From positions 32,001 to 96,000 of IMG/VR virus record IMGVR_UViG_3300014059_000970: a stretch of 64,000 bases of DNA, one strand, 5' to 3'. Made by a program: the position numbers and the translations under genes. Under the pieces are notes generated by a model. The model ran no database searches and was not told the origin of the DNA. It saw only the letters and a list, made by a program, of their open reading frames with translations. This document shows, one piece after another, positions 9,724-19,458 of this stretch. The stretch comes from a virus. Lineage: Duplodnaviria; Caudoviricetes. How positions within the stretch are numbered: position 1 is the stretch's first letter; the number at the start of each line of letters is the position of its first letter.

Positions 9724-12700
9724 CTAAATTTGGTTAACAGACTCAACAATGAGGCTGTTCTTATCACTTCTTTTCCCGGTAATTAAAACACAATTACCTT
9801 CTTGTAAAATACATTCAAACTGTTCCCATGCGTCAGAAAACACAACTATAGCTTCACAAATTCCGCTATCGTCCGACGCCGTAATAAACGCCATTTCTTT
9901 TCCTGCGTTTGCGCCATTTTTAATTGTATTGGTTTTTATCCTATCAATTTGACATGCTATACTAATATAGCTATTTTGATTATTGAAACCATTATTAAAT
10001 TCTTGGCATGTGCAATTTGCCCTATATTTATTCTGGCTTTCATCTAAAAATGTTGCCGTTAAACAAATACCTAATAGGGCGTTTTCTAATTGTGCTACTT
10101 GGTGTGGCTTATCAAGAAGTTCATATGGTGGATTATGAATAGACTCTATTAGACCATTAATAACTGCCACCCTATTCTTATTAGAACAAGCGCCGTTTTT
10201 TCCAGATGGAGAAAGTAGCATTGCTTCTAATATACCTAGAAGGGTAGTCTTTTTATTTAGAATTATGTTGTTTTTTATCCAAAGTCTTTCCCTGTCAGTC
10301 ATTTCTGACCAGAGTTTGAACTCAAATACCATTTTAATTCTAGGAATCTTGAAACAGTCGCACGCACCAGAATTAATAAGGGATTCCATTGCCCTAGAAT
10401 CAATCTTTGGCATCTTATCTGGAGGTACTGCTTTTAGCAAAAATTCAAACCACTGAATGTCTGGATGAATAAACTGCCTTAATTTTTCAACAACGCTTTC
10501 TCCAACATGCTTAATATCACTTAACCCAAAATATATCTGTTTATCAATAAGGTCGAAATGTGAGTTTAACCTTAATATACTTGGTGGTTGAACAAATATA
10601 TCAAATGATTTAGCGTCGTTAACTAACTCATAGATTTCCTGTTGTGGCTTTGGCTTTTGCTTTGAGTAATACAAATAAGCGGTATAAAATTCCAATGGAA
10701 AATAAGTCTTTGCATAAGCAGACATAAAAGAGAATAGAGCATAACTCAAGCTGTGGGATTTATTAAACGAATAACGCTGTGATTTTTCAATCCAGCCGAA
10801 AATCTCTTCTCCAATCTCTTTACTTACAACCCCTTGCTTTTCAATACCTTCAATAAACTCAACTTTAACTTTAGCCATAAGGTCGGCCTTCTTTTTACCA
10901 ATAGCCTTACGCAAAGCATCGGCCTGCTTTAAGTCGAAACCGGCCAATAATTGGGCCAACTTCATAGCAGATTCTTGGTAAATCAAAAGACCATATGTTG
11001 CCTTAAGAACACTAATAGTAGAGTCGTGAACATAGGAAACTTCCTCACCTAAATTTTTTCTAATAATATAGTGTTCAGTAACGCTTTTACCATCTTCTAG
11101 TTTAGCTTCCAAACAACCGGGACGAAGCACAGCCATAAGTCCGCTTAAATGCTCCATACATTCTGGTTTTAAATCTTTAGACTTTCCTTGTCCAAGTCTT
11201 GAATCTAACTGAAAACAGCCTTTAGTCTTTCCTGTTGCAAATAAATCCCAAACGGCTTGGTCTTCTAAATCTAAAGTATTAAAGTCAGTGTTAAACGCTG
11301 GATTAAGCCTAGCTATCATAGCCATCTTATCTAGGAAATTTAGACCTAGAATATCCATCTTACACAAACCGATAGCTTCCATATAGTTCATAGTAAGACC
11401 GCCGATTGGTTTCTTGGTCTTGGCATCTAGAACCATTGGACATATTTTATCTAGCTTGTCTTTACTCACCACGACACCGGCAGCGTGCCTTGAAACATTG
11501 GCTTTTACACCTTCTAGGCTCATAGCTTCTCTAAATCTATCAGCATAAGGACCGGCCAATTCTCCATTCTCATCAAGATAGCACCATTCCTTAAACCTAT
11601 CAGCCCTATTTTCTAGACACCACCTTAAGATTGAAGAACTGCCTTCTTCCATTTCTTCCATTTCTTGGAGTTCGTCTGTAATCTTATGTTCTTCAATAAT
11701 ATTTGCAGTAATACGCTTAACCTCTTCGTGGGTCATTTCATTGTATGCACTAAATACTTGGCTAATAGCTTTCTTACCCTTTAGATTGCCAAATGTGATA
11801 ATTTGAGTAACTCTATCAGCGCCATACTTTTGCTTAATGTATTCTACAATTTCATCACGATGCTCAACCTCAAAGTCGCTATCAATATCTGGAAGGCTAC
11901 CAGAACGACCTTCGTTATAAAAGCGCTCAAACATTAAGTCATACTTAACGCTATCAACTTTAGTAATGCCTACTAGATATGATACTAGACATCCGGCGGC
12001 AGAGCCACGACCAACGCCAGTTAGCCATCCCTTTTGACGGCAATAGTCAATAATATCCCAAACGATTAAGAAGTAGCCGAATAGATTGTTACGCTTCAAA
12101 ACGTCTAGCTCATACTTAACCCTATCGGCATACTCTTGTTTTCTTTCTTCTGGAATCTTACCAACTATAAGCCTTTTCCATCCTTCTCTACAAAGCTGAG
12201 TAAAATACTCCTCTTCAGTCAATCCATTTGGACAAGGAAAATCTGGTAATTGTGGTGAAGATAGAATATGATAATCTTCTATTTGGGCCAGAATCTTATT
12301 GGTGTTTTCTAGTTCTTCTTGAGTATGGCCATATTGGACCATTTCCTCATAAGTTGGAATATGATAATTGTCTGAAATAAAGAATGTGCGAAGTTGAAAG
12401 TCGGGCTTCATGGCCTCTTTCATACTTACGCTCATATTACTACACAATAGAATTCGCTGTAATTGTGCATCAGAATGCCTGCAATAATGCGCGTCTGGTG
12501 TGGCGATACATGGAATTCCTGTAGTTTTAGATATTTCTCTTACGGCATTTGTTACAGTTATTTGGTCTGTATTATACTCTCGGTCCATTAACTGACATTC
12601 TAGCCAGAAATTACCCTTTCCAAATATCTTTTCTAAATACAGGGCGGTTTTGGTAGCAGACTCTATGCCAAACTTTTGAAAGCTATCTGATACATTACTG

Positions 12701-13128
12701 CCAAGGTGGCCAGAAAACCCTATAATATTTCCGTCTAGGAATTCTGCTAGTTGTTCTAGAGATAGACGTGGCTTACTATAGTAGTGATTTTCATCTTTAT
12801 TGCTAGCTTCAACTATTTTTAGAATTTGAGACCAGCCCGCGTCGTTCTTTGCAAGGATAACTAGGTGACTGCACTTCCTATTTTCATTTGTTTTAATAGA
12901 GGCGTTGTCATCTGATATGTATAGTTCAATACCTAGAATAGCTTTTAATCCCATTTCTTTCATGGATTGTAAAAAGGCTATACTATTACTTACATTTCCA
13001 TGGTCACTGATAGCGCATCCAAGACTTTCTATTTCTATAATTCTTTTTGCAATATCTTTGGTTTTGGAAAGTCCGTCCAATAACGAACAGTCGCTATGTA
13101 CATGTAATGGAGTATATGTTTTATTCAT
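9724..13128 (-). CDS. dnaE: DNA polymerase III alpha subunit
   Basis: PHP LHVHS..SLLDG, GRGSAAGCLV, LPDIDSD, YSFNKSH, C-terminal OB fold; no intein seen. Confidence 0.97.
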   Translation of the reverse strand: MNKTYTPLHVHSDCSLLDGLSKTKDIAKRIIEIESLGCAISDHGNVSNSIAFLQSMKEMGLKAILGIELYISDDNASIKTNENRKCSHLVILAKNDAGWSQILKIVEASNKDENHYYSKPRLSLEQLAEFLDGNIIGFSGHLGSNVSDSFQKFGIESATKTALYLEKIFGKGNFWLECQLMDREYNTDQITVTNAVREISKTTGIPCIATPDAHYCRHSDAQLQRILLCSNMSVSMKEAMKPDFQLRTFFISDNYHIPTYEEMVQYGHTQEELENTNKILAQIEDYHILSSPQLPDFPCPNGLTEEEYFTQLCREGWKRLIVGKIPEERKQEYADRVKYELDVLKRNNLFGYFLIVWDIIDYCRQKGWLTGVGRGSAAGCLVSYLVGITKVDSVKYDLMFERFYNEGRSGSLPDIDSDFEVEHRDEIVEYIKQKYGADRVTQIITFGNLKGKKAISQVFSAYNEMTHEEVKRITANIIEEHKITDELQEMEEMEEGSSSILRWCLENRADRFKEWCYLDENGELAGPYADRFREAMSLEGVKANVSRHAAGVVVSKDKLDKICPMVLDAKTKKPIGGLTMNYMEAIGLCKMDILGLNFLDKMAMIARLNPAFNTDFNTLDLEDQAVWDLFATGKTKGCFQLDSRLGQGKSKDLKPECMEHLSGLMAVLRPGCLEAKLEDGKSVTEHYIIRKNLGEEVSYVHDSTISVLKATYGLLIYQESAMKLAQLLAGFDLKQADALRKAIGKKKADLMAKVKVEFIEGIEKQGVVSKEIGEEIFGWIEKSQRYSFNKSHSLSYALFSFMSAYAKTYFPLEFYTAYLYYSKQKPKPQQEIYELVNDAKSFDIFVQPPSILRLNSHFDLIDKQIYFGLSDIKHVGESVVEKLRQFIHPDIQWFEFLLKAVPPDKMPKIDSRAMESLINSGACDCFKIPRIKMVFEFKLWSEMTDRERLWIKNNIILNKKTTLLGILEAMLLSPSGKNGACSNKNRVAVINGLIESIHNPPYELLDKPHQVAQLENALLGICLTATFLDESQNKYRANCTCQEFNNGFNNQNSYISIACQIDRIKTNTIKNGANAGKEMAFITASDDSGICEAIVVFSDAWEQFECILQEGNCVLITGKRSDKNSLIVESVNQI

Positions 13129-13666
13129 TTAAATACTTAATTGCTTTTTCTAAATTGTGGATATTGTCTAAGAACATACCTAGGCCAGCATTACATTTAG
13201 AGCAAAGTAAGCCTCTCACTTTAAGTGTTGTATGACAATGGTCTAATACTAACTTATCTAACTCTCCACATATCGCACATTGATATTGTTGTTTTTCTAA
13301 TAAGGCTAAATATTCTTCTTTTGTTATATTATATTTTTGTCTTATTACATTTATATATCTTTGGTCTGGATTTTTATCTCTATATTGTTTTTCAGCTTTT
13401 TTATCGCATTGTTTACATCTGTTTCTAAGTCCATCTTTACTTCTAAGTCTTTTAGAATATTCTTTAATTTCTTTTTCTAACTTACAAAATGAACATATCT
13501 TCGTTCCAGTCGTAATTATTCCTGGATGTTTAGCTATTCTCTCTCTATCATATTTTAGCTCACAACTTTTGCATCTAGTATCTAGACCATCGGCATAAAC
13601 TTTTCTAGAATTAAATTCTGATAGAGGTTTTCTATCTCTACAAACTCTACAACTTTTAGTGTCCAT
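13121..13666 (-). CDS. endonuclease VII-like homing endonuclease
   Basis: Two CxxC..DGL..RCKxC repeats; CAICG..LVLDHCH..VRGLLCSKCNAGLG. Confidence 0.85.
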   Translation of the reverse strand: MDTKSCRVCRDRKPLSEFNSRKVYADGLDTRCKSCELKYDRERIAKHPGIITTGTKICSFCKLEKEIKEYSKRLRSKDGLRNRCKQCDKKAEKQYRDKNPDQRYINVIRQKYNITKEEYLALLEKQQYQCAICGELDKLVLDHCHTTLKVRGLLCSKCNAGLGMFLDNIHNLEKAIKYLNE

Positions 13667-13692
13667 TCTATAATTTTACTGAATAATCGTAT

Positions 13693-14016
13693 CTATTGGT
13701 CTGTGAAAACTTCATAACTTTCTTCAAATCGGCAGTTTTGGTCAGTGCAAATAGTTTTTGTAACTAGTCTATAGGTAATAGTAACTTCGTCGCCCTCTTT
13801 ATACGACCCTTCCGGTACAAGTACCTCTACTATCTTGCCGTTTTTAAATGTATTAAGAACCGCCTGTGGTGGAGCGTTTGGTAGTCCTTCTGGAACAACA
13901 ATAGCCCAAACCTTGAATCTATCTGTCTGCCATTCTCCATATTCAACTTTAGTTTTAGGTCCACTAGAGCATCCTAATAAGAATGTCGTTAACAATGTCA
14001 TTATATATTTATTCAT
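13693..14016 (-). CDS. putative lipoprotein
   Basis: Signal peptide with lipobox LLGC. Confidence 0.65.
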   Translation of the reverse strand: MNKYIMTLLTTFLLGCSSGPKTKVEYGEWQTDRFKVWAIVVPEGLPNAPPQAVLNTFKNGKIVEVLVPEGSYKEGDEVTITYRLVTKTICTDQNCRFEESYEVFTDQ

Positions 14017-15056
14017 TCTACCTCTCCTGGTGGTTTGTATCGACCAATTTTATATCCTTCCTTACTCATATGCTCCATAATTACATCTATATCTCTAAAG
14101 TCAAGAATATAGTTGGTTTGTTCGCACATTGTCATATATTCGCCCTTCTTACTAAAGTGGCACTTGGTCTGACCCTGATTTACTATTGGTTTAATGTTAG
14201 TTCCTTCAAATGACTGTTTAGCATAAGAACAGAACTTACACGGCGACTTAAAATCCTTTGGATGAAATCGGCCCTGCATCTTTGGCCTATCCAAGTATTT
14301 AATCTTTTCATATACTTCCCTAATCTGTCTTTTAGTCTCTGGTAGGTCGTCTCTACTAAATGGAATAGTAAAAGGCCCGCCATCGTTCATAAAGTAAATA
14401 GTGACAAATATATCATCAATGTCTGGATATAGGATTGAGGCGGCTAAATGGTATAGGCGTAATTGGAAGTCGTTTTGTAAATACTCGTATGTCTTTTCTT
14501 CACGAGTTGCCCAGTTAATCCTTTTGCCCGTCTTATAGTCTACAATCTCGTATGTAGATTCGTCATTCTTGATTAGAAGGTCGATGGTTCCATTTAGAAT
14601 TAATTCCCTAGCCCAGTCGTCTTCTAGCTGAATACTAAAATGACGTTCTGGCTCGACGATAGTTTGGTTGAAAGGGTCAAACTTGCCGTTGTAATCTTTA
14701 ATGGCGGTGTTAACCCATTTTATTACTATTTTATGGTCTGAATCGTCCCAGACTTGATGTGAAAACGCTTTTGCGTAATAATTAAATATAGCGTCAATAA
14801 TGAAGTCGAGGTCGAAATTCTTTGGAGAAGTCGAGTATTTTCCTACAATCTCATCGTCAATCTTACGCTTGTTCTGTTGTCTAGCTAACTTAATCTTTGC
14901 AAGCACTTCCATTATTTTGTGGACGATGGTGCCCAAATCTGTGCGTTTGTTTGATTGTTCAGGATGGCCAAGTCCATAGCTGAGTAGGAATTTTAACTCA
15001 CAGATGTCGAGCGTCCCCGCCATTGAACTTCTTAAATAAGTAATAGGTATTCCCAT
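14013..15056 (-). CDS. PD-(D/E)XK exonuclease (Cas4/AddB-like)
   Basis: GTIVHKIME, GTIDL..IVDYKTG, QLRLY, C-terminal CKFC plus N-terminal Cys. Confidence 0.85.
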   Translation of the reverse strand: MGIPITYLRSSMAGTLDICELKFLLSYGLGHPEQSNKRTDLGTIVHKIMEVLAKIKLARQQNKRKIDDEIVGKYSTSPKNFDLDFIIDAIFNYYAKAFSHQVWDDSDHKIVIKWVNTAIKDYNGKFDPFNQTIVEPERHFSIQLEDDWARELILNGTIDLLIKNDESTYEIVDYKTGKRINWATREEKTYEYLQNDFQLRLYHLAASILYPDIDDIFVTIYFMNDGGPFTIPFSRDDLPETKRQIREVYEKIKYLDRPKMQGRFHPKDFKSPCKFCSYAKQSFEGTNIKPIVNQGQTKCHFSKKGEYMTMCEQTNYILDFRDIDVIMEHMSKEGYKIGRYKPPGEVE

Positions 15057-15587
15057 TTATTTCCTTATATTGTTTGAAACTTTACAGCACCAATCTATGA
15101 ATTCTTCTTGAGATAATTTCCACTTGATGCAGTTTATTGTTTTATGAACCCATTGAACGTTTCCCTCAATATATCCTTTGTTGGAATCTATTCTGTCTAA
15201 TGAGCCAGTTTGTACTTTTCGTCCTTCGATACTTAATGATGTAGGAAATATTAAAATAACTCCACTTAAAGCACATTTATATTCTTGTTTTTCTAGTATT
15301 TCTTGTAAATACTCTATCGAGACACTAAATTCCATATCTCTGGTTTTTGCGCCGTGCTGTAAAATACAGAAATAAGAACCACTTACATCTTTATGTCCTT
15401 TTCTTAATTTTAAATTATTCCTGCCGGTTCTATTATTGTTTGGTTTTATACTATATTTTTGTAGTATTCTCCTGACGGTTGTATGTGATTTTGCGCCAAT
15501 AATAACAGATATTTCTCTTGAAGATTTCTTGTCTTCAACATACATTCTAACTATTTCTTCATCTGTTTCTGAATATACTTTATTCAT
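15057..15587 (-). CDS. HNH homing endonuclease
   Basis: KCALSG...GSLDRIDSNKGYIEGNVQWVHKTINCIK; paralog of 6127 and 27211. Confidence 0.85.
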   Translation of the reverse strand: MNKVYSETDEEIVRMYVEDKKSSREISVIIGAKSHTTVRRILQKYSIKPNNNRTGRNNLKLRKGHKDVSGSYFCILQHGAKTRDMEFSVSIEYLQEILEKQEYKCALSGVILIFPTSLSIEGRKVQTGSLDRIDSNKGYIEGNVQWVHKTINCIKWKLSQEEFIDWCCKVSNNIRK

Positions 15588-16465
15588 ATCTCCCACCCTT
15601 GGGTTTTTAGAAATTCGTAAACTTTTGCATTTTGTTCTTGTATTGTCATGTCTGTATTATCAATTACTAAATTATAGTTATCAAGAGGGTAGTTATCTAA
15701 CGCTGTTTCGCTCTCGTGTTGGTCTTTGCCCTTATTAATATCCCTCAATAATCTACAAGTTATTCCATGTGCTGAAACGCCTTCTACTTCATTAATAAAT
15801 CGCGTATCTCTTATAATTGCATATTTTGGAGCGTCTTGTTTTATTTGATTCATTGTTGCGTTAACATGGGCGTTGCCATACATCTTACGCATAATCTCTG
15901 TGCCAACAAATTGAAGAACTTCTCTGGCAGTCATAAAGCCGGCGGCGCGATATTGAAGATTAATTCTAGATAACATCTCCTGCGTTACTTTTATGTTTCT
16001 CCATTCATGTTTACTATCTTCTTGAAAATCTTCATCTGATAAGGACCAATCACACAACATGTTTCCACTCTCTTGATATAGAGTTTCTTTAGTGATAATT
16101 CCAGGCATATCTTCCCACTTTAAATGAGTAAGACTATTCTTTTGTTCATCAGTCCCATAACACTGTTCATATGTAAGACCTAACATCTTAATACAGATTT
16201 CTTTCTTAAGGCAATCGGCAAAACTATATAACTTAATATGTTTGTCTAGATACTCTTCTTTAAAGCCCGACATATATGTACTATTAGAATCGTAGTCTAC
16301 AATTCCTTCGGTGCAATTATGCCACCAGACATATAACTTTCCTTGTGGTGTTATTTTAAATTCTCTAACATAATTTAGCTTCTTCATTACGGACCCCAAT
16401 ATATAATTGGCTGCCGTATCCTTACCTGATTGCTTCTTTCCTGAAATTCCTAAAATCTTTGTCAT
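15584..16465 (-). CDS. deoxynucleoside monophosphate kinase
   Basis: GISGKKQSGKDT, SFADCLK, REVLQFVGTE, IRDTRFINE, HESE. Confidence 0.9.
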   Translation of the reverse strand: MTKILGISGKKQSGKDTAANYILGSVMKKLNYVREFKITPQGKLYVWWHNCTEGIVDYDSNSTYMSGFKEEYLDKHIKLYSFADCLKKEICIKMLGLTYEQCYGTDEQKNSLTHLKWEDMPGIITKETLYQESGNMLCDWSLSDEDFQEDSKHEWRNIKVTQEMLSRINLQYRAAGFMTAREVLQFVGTEIMRKMYGNAHVNATMNQIKQDAPKYAIIRDTRFINEVEGVSAHGITCRLLRDINKGKDQHESETALDNYPLDNYNLVIDNTDMTIQEQNAKVYEFLKTQGWEI

Positions 16466-17505
16466 AATTTGTCTACATAGGGTCCAATGATTTTCTTGAC
16501 TGTTTCTATATTACATTTCCCAATGTCGTCTTCATAGCTTGGTGAAATGGTTATAATGTTATGTGTATATTGACAATGTTCCTGAACATGCTTTACTAAT
16601 ATTTGTCCCGGCTGACCAGCATCAGGAACTACTATAATTGTTTGTGCTAACGATGAATCTAAAACTGACTTCTGTGCATCACTAAACTTTGAGCCAAAAG
16701 TGCCAACTGTCATAGGAAAGCCGGCTTCGTGTAATCTCCAAGTATTAGCACTACTTTCTGTTATAATTATAAGGCCGGTATCGTCAATAACTTTCTTTGC
16801 ATTGTAGAAATTATATAGGGCGTTATATGACGGAAAATTGTCCGAGTTCTTCCATTTTGGAAAAGTCCTACAAATTCCTTCGGGGTTATGAAACTCCTTA
16901 CAGTGTGGACATTTTTCATGAACGCTTCTACCCAAACACGCAATAATATAGCCGTCTTCATCAATCTGCGGTACAACAATCCTGTCATAAAACGGCTTAG
17001 TCTTATTATCGCAGTAGCCGACCTTAAACTCACTTAAAGTTTTCTCTTTGTACTGTCTATCTATGAAATATTTTGGAGGCTTCAGTTTGGAAAGAAATTC
17101 TTCTGGAGACAGGCGAAACGAATACGATGCTGGTATTGCGGACCTATTAATAAAATTGGTCAACTTATTATCAAAACTATTATCTGGTGCTTGATATTTT
17201 GCCCCAAAGAAAGATTCAACCCAAACTATAGCCTCTTGCCTAGAAACTTTCCTATTGCCCCTAATTGATAGAATCGCACTAATAAATCCTATTATGCTTC
17301 CGCCATATTCCTCTTGGCAGTTTCCTGTAAAACATTTCCAGTTACCTGGGCTAGTATGTCCATCTTTATATATTGTTAACGAACTCTTATTATCGCCATC
17401 ATGGATTGGACATTTCCCACGAAAGCACTTTGAACTTTCCCATAGTTCTAGACCAAAATGCCTATTAATTTTGTCAAAATTTTGAACTATGTCTTCTAAA
17501 ATCAT
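16462..17505 (-). CDS. dnaG: DNA primase (CHC2 zinc finger plus TOPRIM)
   Basis: CPIH...WKCF..C, RIVVP, KWKNS, LYN, IITES. Confidence 0.85.
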   Translation of the reverse strand: MILEDIVQNFDKINRHFGLELWESSKCFRGKCPIHDGDNKSSLTIYKDGHTSPGNWKCFTGNCQEEYGGSIIGFISAILSIRGNRKVSRQEAIVWVESFFGAKYQAPDNSFDNKLTNFINRSAIPASYSFRLSPEEFLSKLKPPKYFIDRQYKEKTLSEFKVGYCDNKTKPFYDRIVVPQIDEDGYIIACLGRSVHEKCPHCKEFHNPEGICRTFPKWKNSDNFPSYNALYNFYNAKKVIDDTGLIIITESSANTWRLHEAGFPMTVGTFGSKFSDAQKSVLDSSLAQTIIVVPDAGQPGQILVKHVQEHCQYTHNIITISPSYEDDIGKCNIETVKKIIGPYVDKL

Positions 17506-17762
17506 TTAGCGTTCCAAAACTGGCCAACCTTACGAATTAGACTAGTTTCGGCTCCCTTAAAATCCGTACCACACTCTAATGAATATGTGTCTTGAGATAT
17601 TGTAGCCACGACCCTATCTTCTGCCATAGCATAAATTACAATAAATCCACATTCCTGTAATTTTTCGTAAGCTCTGAGTTGGACCTGTTCTAGCCCATAG
17701 CCGGCCTCTTTAATACTATCAACTAAAATCTGCGCCGCTCTATTAATTAGATGTGTTTTCAT
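17502..17762 (-). CDS. hypothetical protein
   Basis: 86 aa ORF with ATGA overlaps on both sides. Confidence 0.6.
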   Translation of the reverse strand: MKTHLINRAAQILVDSIKEAGYGLEQVQLRAYEKLQECGFIVIYAMAEDRVVATISQDTYSLECGTDFKGAETSLIRKVGQFWNAK

Positions 17763-18526
17763 AAATTTTCTCCTAATAAATCGTAAATGTTGCCAGACTT
17801 GTCTAATTTAGACAGTTTTAAAATTCCGGTTCGTGGTCTTTTGTCTTGCTCTCTTTGGTCTTTTAAATTTTGTTCTTTATTTACTTTAATAGTATCTAAT
17901 AGCGTTTTATCAAAAATATAAGTTTCATATTTTTGATTATATACATCTACTTTTAGTAGATAGATATCTCTAGAAGAATAATCTTTCGGAGAAAAAGAAG
18001 AAAGGTCTTGATTTTCCATAGTTGTGCTTTTTACTTCTATAATTTCTCCATTTAACACAAGGTCGCCAACTGGCGATTCTTTTGCCGAGTATACTATAGC
18101 CACTAACCCTTGAGATAATGTTGCATTCATTCCGCTACGACAAGGAACCCCTAACTCTGTTTGAGTAATATAGTTGTCTCTAAAAGAATTCCATAATCTT
18201 AATATTGATTTTTTATTAGTATAATCAAATTCATATGGTAGTTCAGAAAGAACGGTTCCGTCTTTAATCATATCTTTCCAATATTTGTCTATCGTTGAAG
18301 CGGATATTTTTGGATTTGTTTTTTCACTTATTTGTTTACACGAACAGTTATCTCCAATCATTTCTTTTGTTTCAAGTATCTGCTTTCGTATTTGTTGTGG
18401 TGTTCTATTTTTTCTCTTTGGTGGTTGTTTTTTTATCTTTTTTCTAACCACTTCTTTAACCGGAGAATATTCTATATTTCCGTTTAAAATACCAATTAAT
18501 AGTGTCTTATTTTCTTCTTGTATCAA
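17759..18526 (-). CDS. type II restriction endonuclease, Bsp6I-like, with N-terminal HTH-like extension
   Basis: D..IEVKSTT..DLSSFSP...KVNKEQ..DQ..Q.KRPR matches my recollection of the Bsp6I family; next to a C5 MTase. Confidence 0.7.
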   Translation of the reverse strand: MIQEENKTLLIGILNGNIEYSPVKEVVRKKIKKQPPKRKNRTPQQIRKQILETKEMIGDNCSCKQISEKTNPKISASTIDKYWKDMIKDGTVLSELPYEFDYTNKKSILRLWNSFRDNYITQTELGVPCRSGMNATLSQGLVAIVYSAKESPVGDLVLNGEIIEVKSTTMENQDLSSFSPKDYSSRDIYLLKVDVYNQKYETYIFDKTLLDTIKVNKEQNLKDQREQDKRPRTGILKLSKLDKSGNIYDLLGENL

Positions 18527-18536
18527 AATTGGTTCC

Positions 18537-19448
18537 TTATATTAAATTTTTAACTATTCTAGAAACAAGTATTGGAGATACCGAATTTCCAGCTTGTTTA
18601 TACAAATGTGTATTGCTTACTACTTCTTTAAAGTTTGAAGTAAAACCTTGTAGATTTAAACACTCCCTAGGTATTAATTTTCTTATACCAAAAGAATCCC
18701 GTATTAGTGGAACGTTATGTCCTCCTCCGCCCATATTAGCGGTTAGTGTTGGACATAATCCGTTAGCGTTTCGTCTTACATATATTCTTCTTAGTTGATA
18801 TACTGAATCGTCTTTAATATCTGAATCTAATAGATTATAGTATTGTGAATTTGAATTATAATAATATTTATCGTCTTGTTTTCTTAAATCTAGACAATCT
18901 TTAACTGTCTTTGTTAGAGGTATTTCTGTAGGAAATGTAAATTCTTGTTTTATATCTTTTCTAATTCCTACGAAAAACAATCTTTCTCTACATTGTGGTA
19001 TATTTGCATGAGTATGTAATCCAAGAACCTCTGTGTGTACTTTATACCCAGAAGAATCTAATAATTTGTTAATATACTTAAAGTCTTCACCATTATTTGT
19101 TTTTAGTATATTTTTAACATTTTCTAGAATAAAGTATTTTGGTTGCGATTCTTTTAGGATTCTCGCAATATGTTCTATAATCGTTCCACGACTATCTTTT
19201 AGACCTAATTGGTTTCCTGCAAGACTAAATGGTTGACAAGGAAATCCAGCGCAAAAAACATCATGGCTTGGCAAATTACTAACTAATGTTATATCTGTAA
19301 ACATATTACTATTTGCAAAATTTGCTTCATATGATTTTCTGGCGTTTTCATCAATTTCTATTACTGCTACACATTCTGTTTTTGGTTCAATATCGCAAAA
19401 TCCAAAATGGAACCCGCCAATACCGGCGCAAGCATCAACTATTTTCAT
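18537..19448 (-). CDS. DNA cytosine-C5 methyltransferase
   Basis: CAGIGG, GFPCQPFS, ENV, PQCRER, YKQAGNSV. Confidence 0.95.
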   Translation of the reverse strand: MKIVDACAGIGGFHFGFCDIEPKTECVAVIEIDENARKSYEANFANSNMFTDITLVSNLPSHDVFCAGFPCQPFSLAGNQLGLKDSRGTIIEHIARILKESQPKYFILENVKNILKTNNGEDFKYINKLLDSSGYKVHTEVLGLHTHANIPQCRERLFFVGIRKDIKQEFTFPTEIPLTKTVKDCLDLRKQDDKYYYNSNSQYYNLLDSDIKDDSVYQLRRIYVRRNANGLCPTLTANMGGGGHNVPLIRDSFGIRKLIPRECLNLQGFTSNFKEVVSNTHLYKQAGNSVSPILVSRIVKNLI

Positions 19449-19458
19449 TCATACCTTT

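Noticed and set aside
14013-15056. Cas4 as part of a CRISPR system
   Set aside because: No repeat-spacer array or other cas genes; the ACAGCA repeats are structured and separated by whole tRNAs
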